Positions 8,182-16,292 of a stretch of 64,000 nucleotides of DNA are shown piece after piece. Each line of letters starts with the position of its first letter. Position 1 is the stretch's first letter. This DNA comes from Dehalococcoidia bacterium. GTDB taxonomy: Bacteria > Chloroflexota > Dehalococcoidia > Plut-88900. A model generated the notes under the pieces. That model was not told the origin of the DNA. It was given only the letters and a program-made list of their open reading frames with translations, and did no database searches. The stretch spans positions 154,546 to 218,545 of the forward strand of contig CBDBLV010000003.1 in the NCBI GenBank assembly GCA_965207225.1, written 5' to 3'. A program made the translations under genes and the position numbers.

Positions 8182-8598
8182 GTGGCCCCATTGGCGGATA
8201 CTAATCGACCCCTGCCCACACCTACCCCCGAGACCAAGCCCTACTGGGACGCCCTCAGGGAGCACAAGCTCCTCATCCAGCGCTGCAAGGACTGCGACAA
8301 GGCCTATTTCTACCCTCGTCCCTTCTGCCCCACCTACCTCTGCAAGGACGTCGAGTGGTTCGAGGCCAGCGGTAAGGGCACCCTTTACTCCTTCGTCATC
8401 AACCACAGGCCGGCCCCTGGCTTCGGCCCCGACCCCTACGTCATCGCCGTCGTCGAGCTTGAAGAGGGCCCCAGGATGATGACCAACCTGGTAGGCATCG
8501 ATCCCGACCCCGACAAGATCCACTGCGACATGCCCGTCGTGATCGAATACCTGGACGTCACCGACGAGGTGACCCTCCCCCAGTTCCGGCCCGCATGA
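8182..8598 (+). CDS. DUF35 OB-fold / zinc-ribbon protein (acyl-CoA-associated partner of thiolase-like enzymes)
   Basis: KPYWDALREHKLLIQRCKDCDKAYFYPRPFCP zinc ribbon followed by an OB-fold segment (GTLYSFVINH). It is immediately followed by a thiolase-like gene, which is the canonical pairing. Confidence 0.85.
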   Translation: MAPLADTNRPLPTPTPETKPYWDALREHKLLIQRCKDCDKAYFYPRPFCPTYLCKDVEWFEASGKGTLYSFVINHRPAPGFGPDPYVIAVVELEEGPRMMTNLVGIDPDPDKIHCDMPVVIEYLDVTDEVTLPQFRPA

Positions 8599-8625
8599 GC
8601 CCATTGACGCAACAAGGAGACTGAC

Positions 8626-9795
8626 ATGGCCCCGAAAGATTTACGCGGAAAGATCGCCATAGTCGGAGCTTCAGAGTCCGACGAGATGGGCAAGCTCCCC
8701 GATAAGTCCGTCCTCACCCTCCACTCCGAGGCCATCCGCAACGCCCTCGACGATGCCGGCCTCTCCCCCTCCGATGTCGACGGCCTCTTCGTCGCCGGCG
8801 GCTCCACCGAGACCTCCGTCAACGACCTGGTCGAATACCTGGGCATCGTGCCCCGGTACGTGGACAGCACGATAGTCGGGGGGTGCTCCTTCATCATGCA
8901 TGTGGAGCACGCCATGCTGGCCCTGTCTGCGGGTGTAATCAACACCGCCGTCATAAGCCACGGCGAGAGCGGCCGGTCGAGGGTCGGGCTGCCCGGCTTC
9001 GCCGATGAGAGCGCAACCCACAACGGCCAGTTCGAAGACCCCTTCGGCACCTTCGGCCCAACCACCACCTTCTCGATTCCCGTGACCCGGCACATGCACA
9101 AGTACGGCACAACCCGGGAGCAGCTGGCCGAGGTGTCGGTGGCGACCCGGAAGTGGGCGATGATGCACCCCATGGCCCGCATGAAAGACCCCATCACCAT
9201 CCAGGACGTGATGGAGGCCCGAATGATCTGCTGGCCCTTCACCCTCCTGATGTGCTGCCTCGTCACCGACGCCGGGGGCTCCATCGTCCTCACTACCGCC
9301 GACCGGGCCAAGGACCTGAAGCACAGGCCGGTCTATGTGCTCGGCACCGGCGAGGCCGTCTCCCACGAGCGGGTAAGCAGCATGAGGGACATGACCACAT
9401 CCGACTGTGCCCGGAAGTCGGGGCAGGCGGCGTTCGAGATGGCCGGCGTGAAGCACTCGGACATCGACGTGGCGGAGCTCTACGACGCCTTCTCCTTCAC
9501 CCCGATGCTGGCGCTGGAGGACCTGGGGTTTGTCGGGCCTGGGGAGAGCGGGCCCTTCGTTGAGGGGCAAAGGACCGCGCCCGGCGGCGAGTTTCCGATG
9601 AACACCAACGGCGGAGGCTTGTCCTACACGCACTCGGGGATGTACGGGATGTTCACGCTGATCGAGCTCACCCGACAGCTCCGCGGCGACCAGGGCGAGC
9701 GCCAGGTCAAGGACGCCAAGATCGGCATAGCCCACGGGCCGGGCGGCATGTTCGCCGCCGCCAGCACCCTCATCGCCGGCAACGAAATCCCGTAA
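8626..9795 (+). CDS. thiolase-like protein (SCP-x / non-specific lipid-transfer type acetyl-CoA acyltransferase family)
   Basis: 389 aa. N-terminus IAIVGASESDEMGK and C-terminus NTNGGGLSYTHSGMYG..HGPGG typical of DUF35-associated thiolases. Confidence 0.85.
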   Translation: MAPKDLRGKIAIVGASESDEMGKLPDKSVLTLHSEAIRNALDDAGLSPSDVDGLFVAGGSTETSVNDLVEYLGIVPRYVDSTIVGGCSFIMHVEHAMLALSAGVINTAVISHGESGRSRVGLPGFADESATHNGQFEDPFGTFGPTTTFSIPVTRHMHKYGTTREQLAEVSVATRKWAMMHPMARMKDPITIQDVMEARMICWPFTLLMCCLVTDAGGSIVLTTADRAKDLKHRPVYVLGTGEAVSHERVSSMRDMTTSDCARKSGQAAFEMAGVKHSDIDVAELYDAFSFTPMLALEDLGFVGPGESGPFVEGQRTAPGGEFPMNTNGGGLSYTHSGMYGMFTLIELTRQLRGDQGERQVKDAKIGIAHGPGGMFAAASTLIAGNEIP

Positions 9796-9807
9796 CGGAG
9801 GTTCTGC

Positions 9808-10506
9808 CTAAGGCGGCGTGACCAGGGCTATCACGCGCTCCCCAATCGGCTGGACGGGCCGGTTGTTGGGCCCTCCAGTCAGGCCGAGCAAGGCATCCAT
9901 CTGAGCTTTGGATACAGTCATCGACTGGCGTAGGACATACCAGTCCACGGGCTCATCGCAGGGCGGGGTGGTTTTGGAGCCATCGTAGCGGTAGTAGGAG
10001 AGGTCTGGGGGTAGGGTGGCGAGGAGGGGAATGCGAGCATCCGAAGACTCACCCAGGGGTGGAGCAGCGTCGAGAATTGACTGCGCTACCGGATTAGCGT
10101 CTCCAAGCTCGAACAGCACGCCCACCACTGCAAGGTTCTCTGAGGAGTCGGCGTGGACTAGGTGAAGCTCGGCGGCGAAGCTCCGGCCATCAACGAGGTG
10201 CTCCGACGGCGAGTGGAAGTGGGCCGACTCCAGGTGAAAGTTCCTCCCCCGGAGCTCCGACACATTCCCTGGCCCGAATTCAGCCCTCACCTGCCTGCCG
10301 TCATTGTGGAGCGTGGCGTCCGCCTCTCTGAAGGCAAACGAGATAGCCTCAAGCTCCCCCGACTCATAGCCCGTGATGTCGATGGGGGACTGCTGCTTGC
10401 CGTTGGCGCAGGCGGAGAAGTCGGGGGAGAGGGAGGCCCAGTTCTCGGGGCCCCCAGGGCCTGAGTAGGCCCAGTCAACGAGGGTGTCTTGACTGCAAGC
10501 TGCCAC
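9808..10506 (-). CDS. alpha-class carbonic anhydrase (as annotated it lacks its signal peptide; see finding on the in-frame TAG)
   Basis: WAYSGPGGPENW, QQSPIDI, HFHSPSEHLVDG..AELHLVH (zinc histidines) and YRYDGSKTTPPCDEPVDWYVL are all alpha-CA hallmarks. Confidence 0.85.
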   Translation of the reverse strand: MAACSQDTLVDWAYSGPGGPENWASLSPDFSACANGKQQSPIDITGYESGELEAISFAFREADATLHNDGRQVRAEFGPGNVSELRGRNFHLESAHFHSPSEHLVDGRSFAAELHLVHADSSENLAVVGVLFELGDANPVAQSILDAAPPLGESSDARIPLLATLPPDLSYYRYDGSKTTPPCDEPVDWYVLRQSMTVSKAQMDALLGLTGGPNNRPVQPIGERVIALVTPP

Positions 10507-10627
10507 GATAGCCTATAGCGAAACTACCAGGGCGACTGAGCATTTGGGCATGCCAGTGGGCACTCTATAATGCCGACCCGAAGCCGACACACTAGAGCGC
10601 CCACCGTATAAAGCCCTGCGTGATCGC

Positions 10628-11038
10628 CTAGCAGGGGTACATGGTCCTGGGATCGTCGACGAAGGCGTGGTCCTCGTGGCCTTCGGGGGTGGCGGTCAGG
10701 ACGGTGACACCCTTCTCGGAGCGGAGCCTGTGCCACGTGCCCTGGGGCATAACGAACAGGTCGCCAGGGCCGAAGTGGACGGTCTGATTCTCTCCGTTGA
10801 CCAGCATGGTGATGTCAACTTCGCCGGAGACTACATGGACGATCTCGTCACCCTGGGAGTGACGCTCCCATCCGGCGTCGCCGTCGAAGGTGCCGAGATT
10901 GATGGCCGCATGGCGGAAGTCGCCGCGGCCGAGGATTTCGAAGCCTGCGACTACCACGTCTTCAGGGGTGTCGGGGCCCCGGTCGGCTATGGGGGTCAGG
11001 TTCTCTATGGCCTTGTGTACGTTGTGAATCTCTACCAT
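10628..11038 (-). CDS. cupin-domain protein
   Basis: 136 aa with a cupin_2-like core (HSQGDEIVHVVSGEVDI ... GDLFVMPQGTWHR). Confidence 0.75.
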   Translation of the reverse strand: MVEIHNVHKAIENLTPIADRGPDTPEDVVVAGFEILGRGDFRHAAINLGTFDGDAGWERHSQGDEIVHVVSGEVDITMLVNGENQTVHFGPGDLFVMPQGTWHRLRSEKGVTVLTATPEGHEDHAFVDDPRTMYPC

Positions 11039-11089
11039 CTTTCGGTCCTTTCCGTTGTGCTTCTGTACCCGAGTTCACCGGTTACGAAC

Positions 11090-11128
11090 ATTATAAATGC
11101 AATCTATTGCTGTTGCAAGTACTTGCAA
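11090..11128 (-). promoter_or_regulatory. promoter (TTGCAA-17-TATAAT) overlapped by a perfect 16-bp palindrome TTGCAAGTACTTGCAA, upstream of the cupin gene
   Basis: On the minus strand the -10 TATAAT is at 11095-11090 and the -35 TTGCAA at 11118-11113. The palindrome spans 11113-11128. Confidence 0.5.
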
Positions 11129-11163
11129 TAAGGCTTTTCCTGCCCTGCTTTACTCTTTGATTG

Positions 11164-12273
11164 TTAAAGGCCGTATAGCTCCACAGCCGTGTCGCCGAGG
11201 ACTTTCCAGCGGTCTTCCTGGGAGAGGGGTTCGAGGATGTCGGTGAGAAGCCGGACGGGTTCGGCGACGGAGTCGGTGTGGGGGTAGTCGGCGGCCCACA
11301 TGAACTTGTCTACGCCGATGAAGTCCATGGTCTCGGGGACCATCTCTTCGCTGGGTTCGAAGGAGATCCAGCACTGGCGCTTGAAGTACTCGGTGGGTTT
11401 CATGGACAGCGAGGTCGCGTAGGTGAATATCTCGGTGTACTCGTCCATCCGGTCCAGCCAGTAGGGGAGCCACCCCGACCCCGCCTCCAGCACCACCAGC
11501 CGGAAGTCCGGGAACCTTTCGAAAACCGCTCCCTGGAACAGGGTGGTCAGCCCGATAATCACCTCCAGCCCGAGGGTCACAAAGCCCCACCAGGCGATGT
11601 TGGGGCTGGTGTCGGGATACATGTCATAGCCGAGGTGCCGGGGGTATCCCATGACGTGGAGGGCAAGGGGCATACGGGCCTCCGACGCCCGGGCCCAAAG
11701 CAGATCGTAGTAGGGGTCGCCGTAGGGGATGCCATTGATGGGCCGGCCGCTGAGCATCCCGCCCCGGGCCCCCAGCCCCGCCGCCCGCTCCAGTTCCGCC
11801 GCGCCTTCTTCGACATCGGATGCGACGACGTGGGCCACGGGGACCAGCCTGTCCGAGTGGGGCCGGCAGAGGTCTGTAATCCAGGTGTTGTAGGCCCGGG
11901 CGTGGGCGGCTGCGAGCTTATAGTCCTCGAACTCGGGCTCCCACTGGATGCCGAGGGTTGGGTAGAGGAGGGTGATGTCTATGCCTTCGTTGTCGAGGAG
12001 CTGGACGCGGTCGAGGCCGTTGGCTGCACCAAGGGACGAGGTCACCCGGTCCTCGAAGGCCTGGCCTCCGGGGAGCCGGGGGCTGCCCATCCAGCCGTTG
12101 CGGAGCATGAACTGTCGGGCGGGCTTGCCATCGACGATCATGACTTCGCGGCCGTTCTCGTCGGTTCCCCAGCGTATGGCCCGGTCCCTGAGCTCGGGCT
12201 CCAGGCCCTCATGCCAGATGGACATGGGCTCAAGAACATGGCTATCCGCGTCGACGATGGGGTGCTGTTTCAT
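11164..12273 (-). CDS. amidohydrolase-2 family (ACMSD-like metal-dependent hydrolase/decarboxylase)
   Basis: Start chosen at MKQHPIVDADSHVLEP (ATG 12273, GGAGG upstream). C-terminal WAADYPHTD. The longer track ORF to 12741 only adds REP-derived sequence. Confidence 0.85.
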   Translation of the reverse strand: MKQHPIVDADSHVLEPMSIWHEGLEPELRDRAIRWGTDENGREVMIVDGKPARQFMLRNGWMGSPRLPGGQAFEDRVTSSLGAANGLDRVQLLDNEGIDITLLYPTLGIQWEPEFEDYKLAAAHARAYNTWITDLCRPHSDRLVPVAHVVASDVEEGAAELERAAGLGARGGMLSGRPINGIPYGDPYYDLLWARASEARMPLALHVMGYPRHLGYDMYPDTSPNIAWWGFVTLGLEVIIGLTTLFQGAVFERFPDFRLVVLEAGSGWLPYWLDRMDEYTEIFTYATSLSMKPTEYFKRQCWISFEPSEEMVPETMDFIGVDKFMWAADYPHTDSVAEPVRLLTDILEPLSQEDRWKVLGDTAVELYGL

Positions 12274-12324
12274 GGTCGGGGACCTCCTCCCTAGGGAGGG
12301 ATTATACATGGGGTGGCTGTGGGG

Positions 12325-12413
12325 ATTTTGATTGAATGTTGATTGAACATTGATTGAACTCGTAGCTGGTTTGATTGAACGACGCCTAGAGGGGTTTCTG
12401 GGGATTTCGCGTG
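12325..12413 (-). promoter_or_regulatory. about 90-bp promoter-proximal element with phased TCAATCA heptads, copy B (upstream of the amidohydrolase gene)
   Basis: The reverse complement reads cacgcgaaatccccagaaacccc..ttcaatcaaaccagctacgagttcaatcaatgttcaatcaacattcaatca. A TATAAT (12306-12301, minus) follows, without a good -35. Confidence 0.5.
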
Positions 12414-12414
12414 T

Positions 12415-13752
12415 CACAGGGGGGAGGGCGACCCGCCGGTCGCCCCTACGGAGAGGGGATACCCCCAGCCCCACAGGGGAACCCTCTCCCCCTTGGTCCC
12501 CCTCTCCCTTAGGGCCTTTAAGGGAGAGGGGGAGAGAAAAACAGAGGGAGCCGTTGGCGCGCCTGCGCCAACGGCTCCCTCTAGTTTCATTACTGGGGAG
12601 AGGGAACAGGACACCACCCCAGATTCCTCGCAGGGCATCGGAATGACAGTGTGAGGGGCGTTGGTTGGTGGTTGCAGCACTGCGCCGTTCCGCTCTTGAG
12701 ACCCTTCGACTACGCTCAGGGCGAGCGGAACCCCCACCCATAGGTTCCCGATCGGGGTCGGGAATGACGGGAAGGGGGTGTAGGCGATGGAAGGACCATG
12801 ACCAGGGCGCAGGGGCCGGGGGGCCAAGCTGCGCCAGACCCGCAAGTCGGCAGGGCGAGAGGGAGTATCCCCTTGCGGCCTGTCCGTATGCGGGAAGCGC
12901 TCCATCATTCGGAGGGATGGGAGCGCAGACTCTTTACCGTCTCTGGGTGAATGGGAATCTCCGAGAGGAGAGACAGCGGAGTAGTCCCGGGGCGCGATGC
13001 CCTCGGGGGACCCGACAAAGTCGGGGTAGAGCCCCTCGCACATGGCGGGAGCTAGACGCCCTGATGAGGGGGCGCAGCCGCGGGGTAGACCTGGAAGACA
13101 GGTGTGCCGCGGAGAGTCGATGGACCTTCCATCGCCTGGAGGAAAGGGTGAGGGGAGGAGGCGCGTGTCGTAGGCCGGGCGGTCGCGCAGCGCCCGGGTG
13201 CGACGTGAGTTGATCAGGCTGGTGCGGCTCATAAACTCCTTATTCCTTTCCTGTGTGATGGGCTCCGAGGTACGAGGTCGGTGGCCCTGGGGAGTAGTAT
13301 AGCACGGGGGTTCAGGTAGAGCAAATGTGCAGGTTTGGGGGGGATGCCCCTCAACCCCACAGGGGAGCCCTCACTCCCTTGATCCCCTTCTCCTTTAAGG
13401 CCTATAAGGGAGAGGGGGAGGGAGGTAAAGGGCATGAGTGGGCAAATCCTAGATTCCTCGCGGGGCATCGGAATGACAGTGCAATGCGTGGGTTGGTAGA
13501 AGGCAGACGTGACAGGTTGGAGGGATGTGGGCCACCCCTCGCTCATACTTCGAGTAACCTCAGCATGAGCGGTCCCGCGCCGGGGAGGGCGACCACATAA
13601 GTTCATCCCTACAGTGGATTGTGACCCCGGCGGCCCCGCACCTGGGGAAGGGAATCACCCACCCCACCACCCCGGGATTCCCGAGTAGTCGGGGATGACG
13701 AAGTGCAAAGGATGGATTCCGGGTCGGGAGCGGGATAACAGAGTAGGGAGGG
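12415..13752. repeat. 1.3-kb mosaic of REP-like repeats (families 1-4) with no credible gene
   Basis: Family 3 at 12421-12451, family 4 at 12500-12532 and 13384-13418, family 1 at 12625-12650, 12740-12775, 13447-13480 and 13672-13705. Family 2 is at 13540-13572, with a variant at 12697-12735. Confidence 0.75.
12782..13137. repeat. TIR-bounded hairpin-dense element (core GGCGATGGAAG), copy 2
   Basis: AGGCGATGGAAGGACC (12782-12797) against GGACCTTCCATCGCCT (13122-13137), matching 15/16 as an inverted repeat. Confidence 0.4.
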
Positions 13753-14748
13753 TTATGTGGGAAGGACGGTGACTTTGATGGCGCCGGTGGACTTGTCGAG
13801 GGCAGTGTCGAAGGCTCGGGTGATATCGGTGAGGGGGAACTGGTGGGTCTGCATGAAGGCGACTTCGGAGGAGTAGCGGGCGAGGGAGTCTATGGTGGAG
13901 GCGAACTCCCGACCATGCACACCCACGCCGTACATACTGGAGCCGACTATGTCCACCTCCTTCGCCACGAGCATCAGCCCGTCGACCTGAGAGTTGGCGG
14001 TGAAGATGCCCAGGATGACGATGCGGGCCTCGGGCTGGGCAGCTTTTATGGCATCGTTGATGGTATCCGCGGCACCCCCGACGGTTTCGATGACGACGTC
14101 GGGCTGGCGGTCCCGGGCCCAGTCCTCCCACTCGGTCTCGCTGAGGGGTGTCAGGCCGAGCCTCCGGGCGGCGTCGAACTGCTGGGGATGCCGGGCGGTG
14201 ATGGCGACCTCGGCGGCGCGGTCCCGGGCGAGGAGGCCGGCGAAGAGGCCGATGGTCCCCGCCCCAAGAACCAATACCCGGCTTTCGATCTTCAATCGTC
14301 CCAAAGCGACGCCCCGGTAGGAGCAGGCCATGGGCTCGACGAGGGAAGCCAAGAGCGGGGGGAGGGAGTCGGGGACAGGGTGGACGGTGTGGGCGGGGAC
14401 ATCGATAAACTCGGCGAGGCCGCCGGGCTCGTCGATACCGATGAACTTCATGTCGGGGCAGATGTTGGTGGCGCCAGCCGCGCAGTAGTGGCAATCCAGG
14501 CAGGCGTCCAGGGGCTCGATGGCGTATAGAGAGTCGGGGAGACCTGCGCCGCCGTCGATTATGGTGCCGACAATCTCGTGGCCCATGACGAGGTTGTTGT
14601 GCCTGGTACTGCGGCCTGCGTAGACGTGGAGGTCGGAGCCGCAGATGCCGCAGGCGGTGACGGAAACCCGGACGCGGCCCGGGGCAAGGGGGCCGGGGTC
14701 GACGTCTTCGATGACCATGCCCTGGGAAGTCCACATTGAGCGCAGCAT
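13753..14748 (-). CDS. zinc-dependent alcohol/polyol dehydrogenase (MDR family, threonine/sorbitol dehydrogenase-like)
   Basis: Start at MLRSMW (ATG 14748, GGAGG 7 nt upstream). ACGICGSDLHVY..GHEIVG catalytic-zinc motif, a structural-zinc Cys cluster (CLDCHYCAAGATNIC) and VLVLGAGTIGL Rossmann motif. Confidence 0.85.
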   Translation of the reverse strand: MLRSMWTSQGMVIEDVDPGPLAPGRVRVSVTACGICGSDLHVYAGRSTRHNNLVMGHEIVGTIIDGGAGLPDSLYAIEPLDACLDCHYCAAGATNICPDMKFIGIDEPGGLAEFIDVPAHTVHPVPDSLPPLLASLVEPMACSYRGVALGRLKIESRVLVLGAGTIGLFAGLLARDRAAEVAITARHPQQFDAARRLGLTPLSETEWEDWARDRQPDVVIETVGGAADTINDAIKAAQPEARIVILGIFTANSQVDGLMLVAKEVDIVGSSMYGVGVHGREFASTIDSLARYSSEVAFMQTHQFPLTDITRAFDTALDKSTGAIKVTVLPT

Positions 14749-14865
14749 ATGCTTGCCTCCGGGGGTGATGGGGGGAAGTTTACATGGGCCACGGGGGCCC
14801 GTCCACGAGGTGGGTGAGCTTTGGGGAGCGGCAGAGGCGACGTATAGACAATGCGGCGCCACCCC

Positions 14866-14897
14866 CGCTCATACTTCGAGAGCCTCAGCACGAGCGG
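14866..14897. repeat. REP-like hairpin, family 2 (CGCTCATACTTCGAG..CCTCAGCACGAGCGG)
   Basis: Copies in the same orientation at 13540-13572, 14866-14897, 36052-36083 and 50528-50559. Confidence 0.7.
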
Positions 14898-14951
14898 CCC
14901 CACCACCTGCAGGACAAGTTATGACGGATCCCCTCAAGGAATAGGGGCTGC

Positions 14952-15698
14952 TTAGAGCGCAGCCAGGGCTTCGGGCAGCTCTGAGAGGGTTGCTACACAG
15001 GCGTCGGGGGTAACGGGAACGTGGTCCCAGCCTGCGCCGCCGATGAGGACGGCTTTCATACCAACGCGCTGGGCGCCGAGGATGTCGGTCTCCGGTCTGT
15101 CGCCCACGTGGGCCGACTCCCGGGCCTCGGCCCCGATGGCATCCAGGGTGTCCAGGAACAGGCTGGGGGCAGGCTTGGCGATGCGCTCCTCGTCGGAGAA
15201 GGTGAGGTGCAGGAGGTACCGGGCTATGCCAATGTCGGCGAGGAATTTGCGGGCCAGGCTCCCGGGTGTAGTGCCGGAGTTGCAGATCAGGCCGATCCTG
15301 TAGCCTTCGTCGGTGAGTGTTGAAAGGGTCTCGAGAACGCCGGGCATCAGGGCGGGGGGGTGCTCCAGGAAGGCATTCAGGTGCCTCTCGGAGACGCGCT
15401 CCTTGCCTTCAGGGTCAAGGGAGGTGGACAGGCCCGGGTGTATGGAGTCCAGGAAGTCGTCCAGCTGAGTTTCGAAGTCGGTATCGAGGCCACGGGTGCG
15501 GACGGTCTCGAACTTCTGCTGGGAGTCCCAGTAGACCTCGGCGACGTGCTCCCTGGTACATCGCACGCCGCACTCGGAGAGGATCCTGGTGGTCGCATCG
15601 ATGCGTTTTTTCGCCCTGACCATGCCGTTCCCCGGGACGTCTCTTATCAGCGTGTTCCACAGGTCAAAGGTGATGCCCTGTATTGAGTCGTTTCTCAT
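14952..15698 (-). CDS. HAD-superfamily hydrolase
   Basis: Motif I ITFDLWNTL near the N-terminus (start taken at MRNDS, ATG 15698), CNSGT (motif II) and HVGDRPETDILGA (motif IV). Confidence 0.75.
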   Translation of the reverse strand: MRNDSIQGITFDLWNTLIRDVPGNGMVRAKKRIDATTRILSECGVRCTREHVAEVYWDSQQKFETVRTRGLDTDFETQLDDFLDSIHPGLSTSLDPEGKERVSERHLNAFLEHPPALMPGVLETLSTLTDEGYRIGLICNSGTTPGSLARKFLADIGIARYLLHLTFSDEERIAKPAPSLFLDTLDAIGAEARESAHVGDRPETDILGAQRVGMKAVLIGGAGWDHVPVTPDACVATLSELPEALAAL

Positions 15699-15779
15699 TT
15701 CCGCATTCCGAAGGTCTTTGCTTGCCGTTATGCTGAATTGTGCTTTCAAATGAATCAGGGGCGGGTGATTTCCCGCCCC

Positions 15780-16292
15780 TTAGAATTCGATGACGGTTGT
15801 TATGGGATAGCCCTTGATGCGGTCTCTGCCTCCCAAGTCGGTGAGCTCCACCAAGAACGCGAGCCCGGCCACCACCCCGCCCAGCTCCTCCACCAGCTTC
15901 ACTGTGGCCTCAGCTGTGCCGCCAGTGGCCAGCAGGTCGTCTACGACCAGGACTCGCTCTCCGTTGGACAGCGCGTCCCGGTGCAGCTCCATTGCGTTGG
16001 AGCCGTACTCCAAGTCGTAGCTGACCTTGACCGCCTCTCGGGGCAGCTTGCCCTCTTTCCTGACCGGAAGGAGGGGCTTGCCTAGTTCCAGGGCGAGGGG
16101 GGCAGCGATGAGGAAGCCCCGGGCGTCGATGGCGGCAAAGGAGTCGATGTGGTCATCGACGATGCCCCGCTTGATGAGGTCCAGGGCGTGACGGAAGGCG
16201 GGCGGGGACTGGAGGAGGGGTGTGATGTCTCTGAACAGGATGCCGGGCTTGGGGAAGTCGGGGACGTTGGCTATGTAGTCTTTGAGGTCCAT
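15780..16292 (-). CDS. apt: adenine phosphoribosyltransferase
   Basis: MDLKDYIANVPDFPKPGILFRDITPLL and the PRPP-binding VLVVDDLLATGGT motif. Start taken at MDLKDY (ATG 16292). Confidence 0.9.
   Translation of the reverse strand: MDLKDYIANVPDFPKPGILFRDITPLLQSPPAFRHALDLIKRGIVDDHIDSFAAIDARGFLIAAPLALELGKPLLPVRKEGKLPREAVKVSYDLEYGSNAMELHRDALSNGERVLVVDDLLATGGTAEATVKLVEELGGVVAGLAFLVELTDLGGRDRIKGYPITTVIEF

Noticed and set aside
11164-12741. 525-aa version of the amidohydrolase ORF, with similar long N-terminal extensions at 41325-43139, 54176-55285, 29927-31375, 13753-14862 and 23984-25126
   Set aside because: The extensions run through REP units or overlap neighbouring genes and carry no family sequence. 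In most cases an internal ATG with a GGAGG-type SD aligns with the family N-terminus; at 29927-31375 the SD is weaker, and at 23984-25126 the start instead overlaps the upstream stop.
12414-13606. Long minus-strand ORFs (272 aa at 12414-13232 and 125 aa at 13229-13606) in the large intergenic region
   Set aside because: Their sequences are Pro/Arg/Ser/Gly-rich and are literal translations of REP units (for example VIPMPCEES, LSPSPLKALRERG, GATGGSPSP). No family resemblance. Only the promoter and SD at the start of the first one are kept as an observation.
13655-14734. 359-aa Arg/Pro-rich minus-strand ORF
   Set aside because: An alternative frame of the zinc alcohol dehydrogenase gene. Extreme Arg/Pro/His content, whereas the ADH frame has full catalytic and Rossmann motifs.
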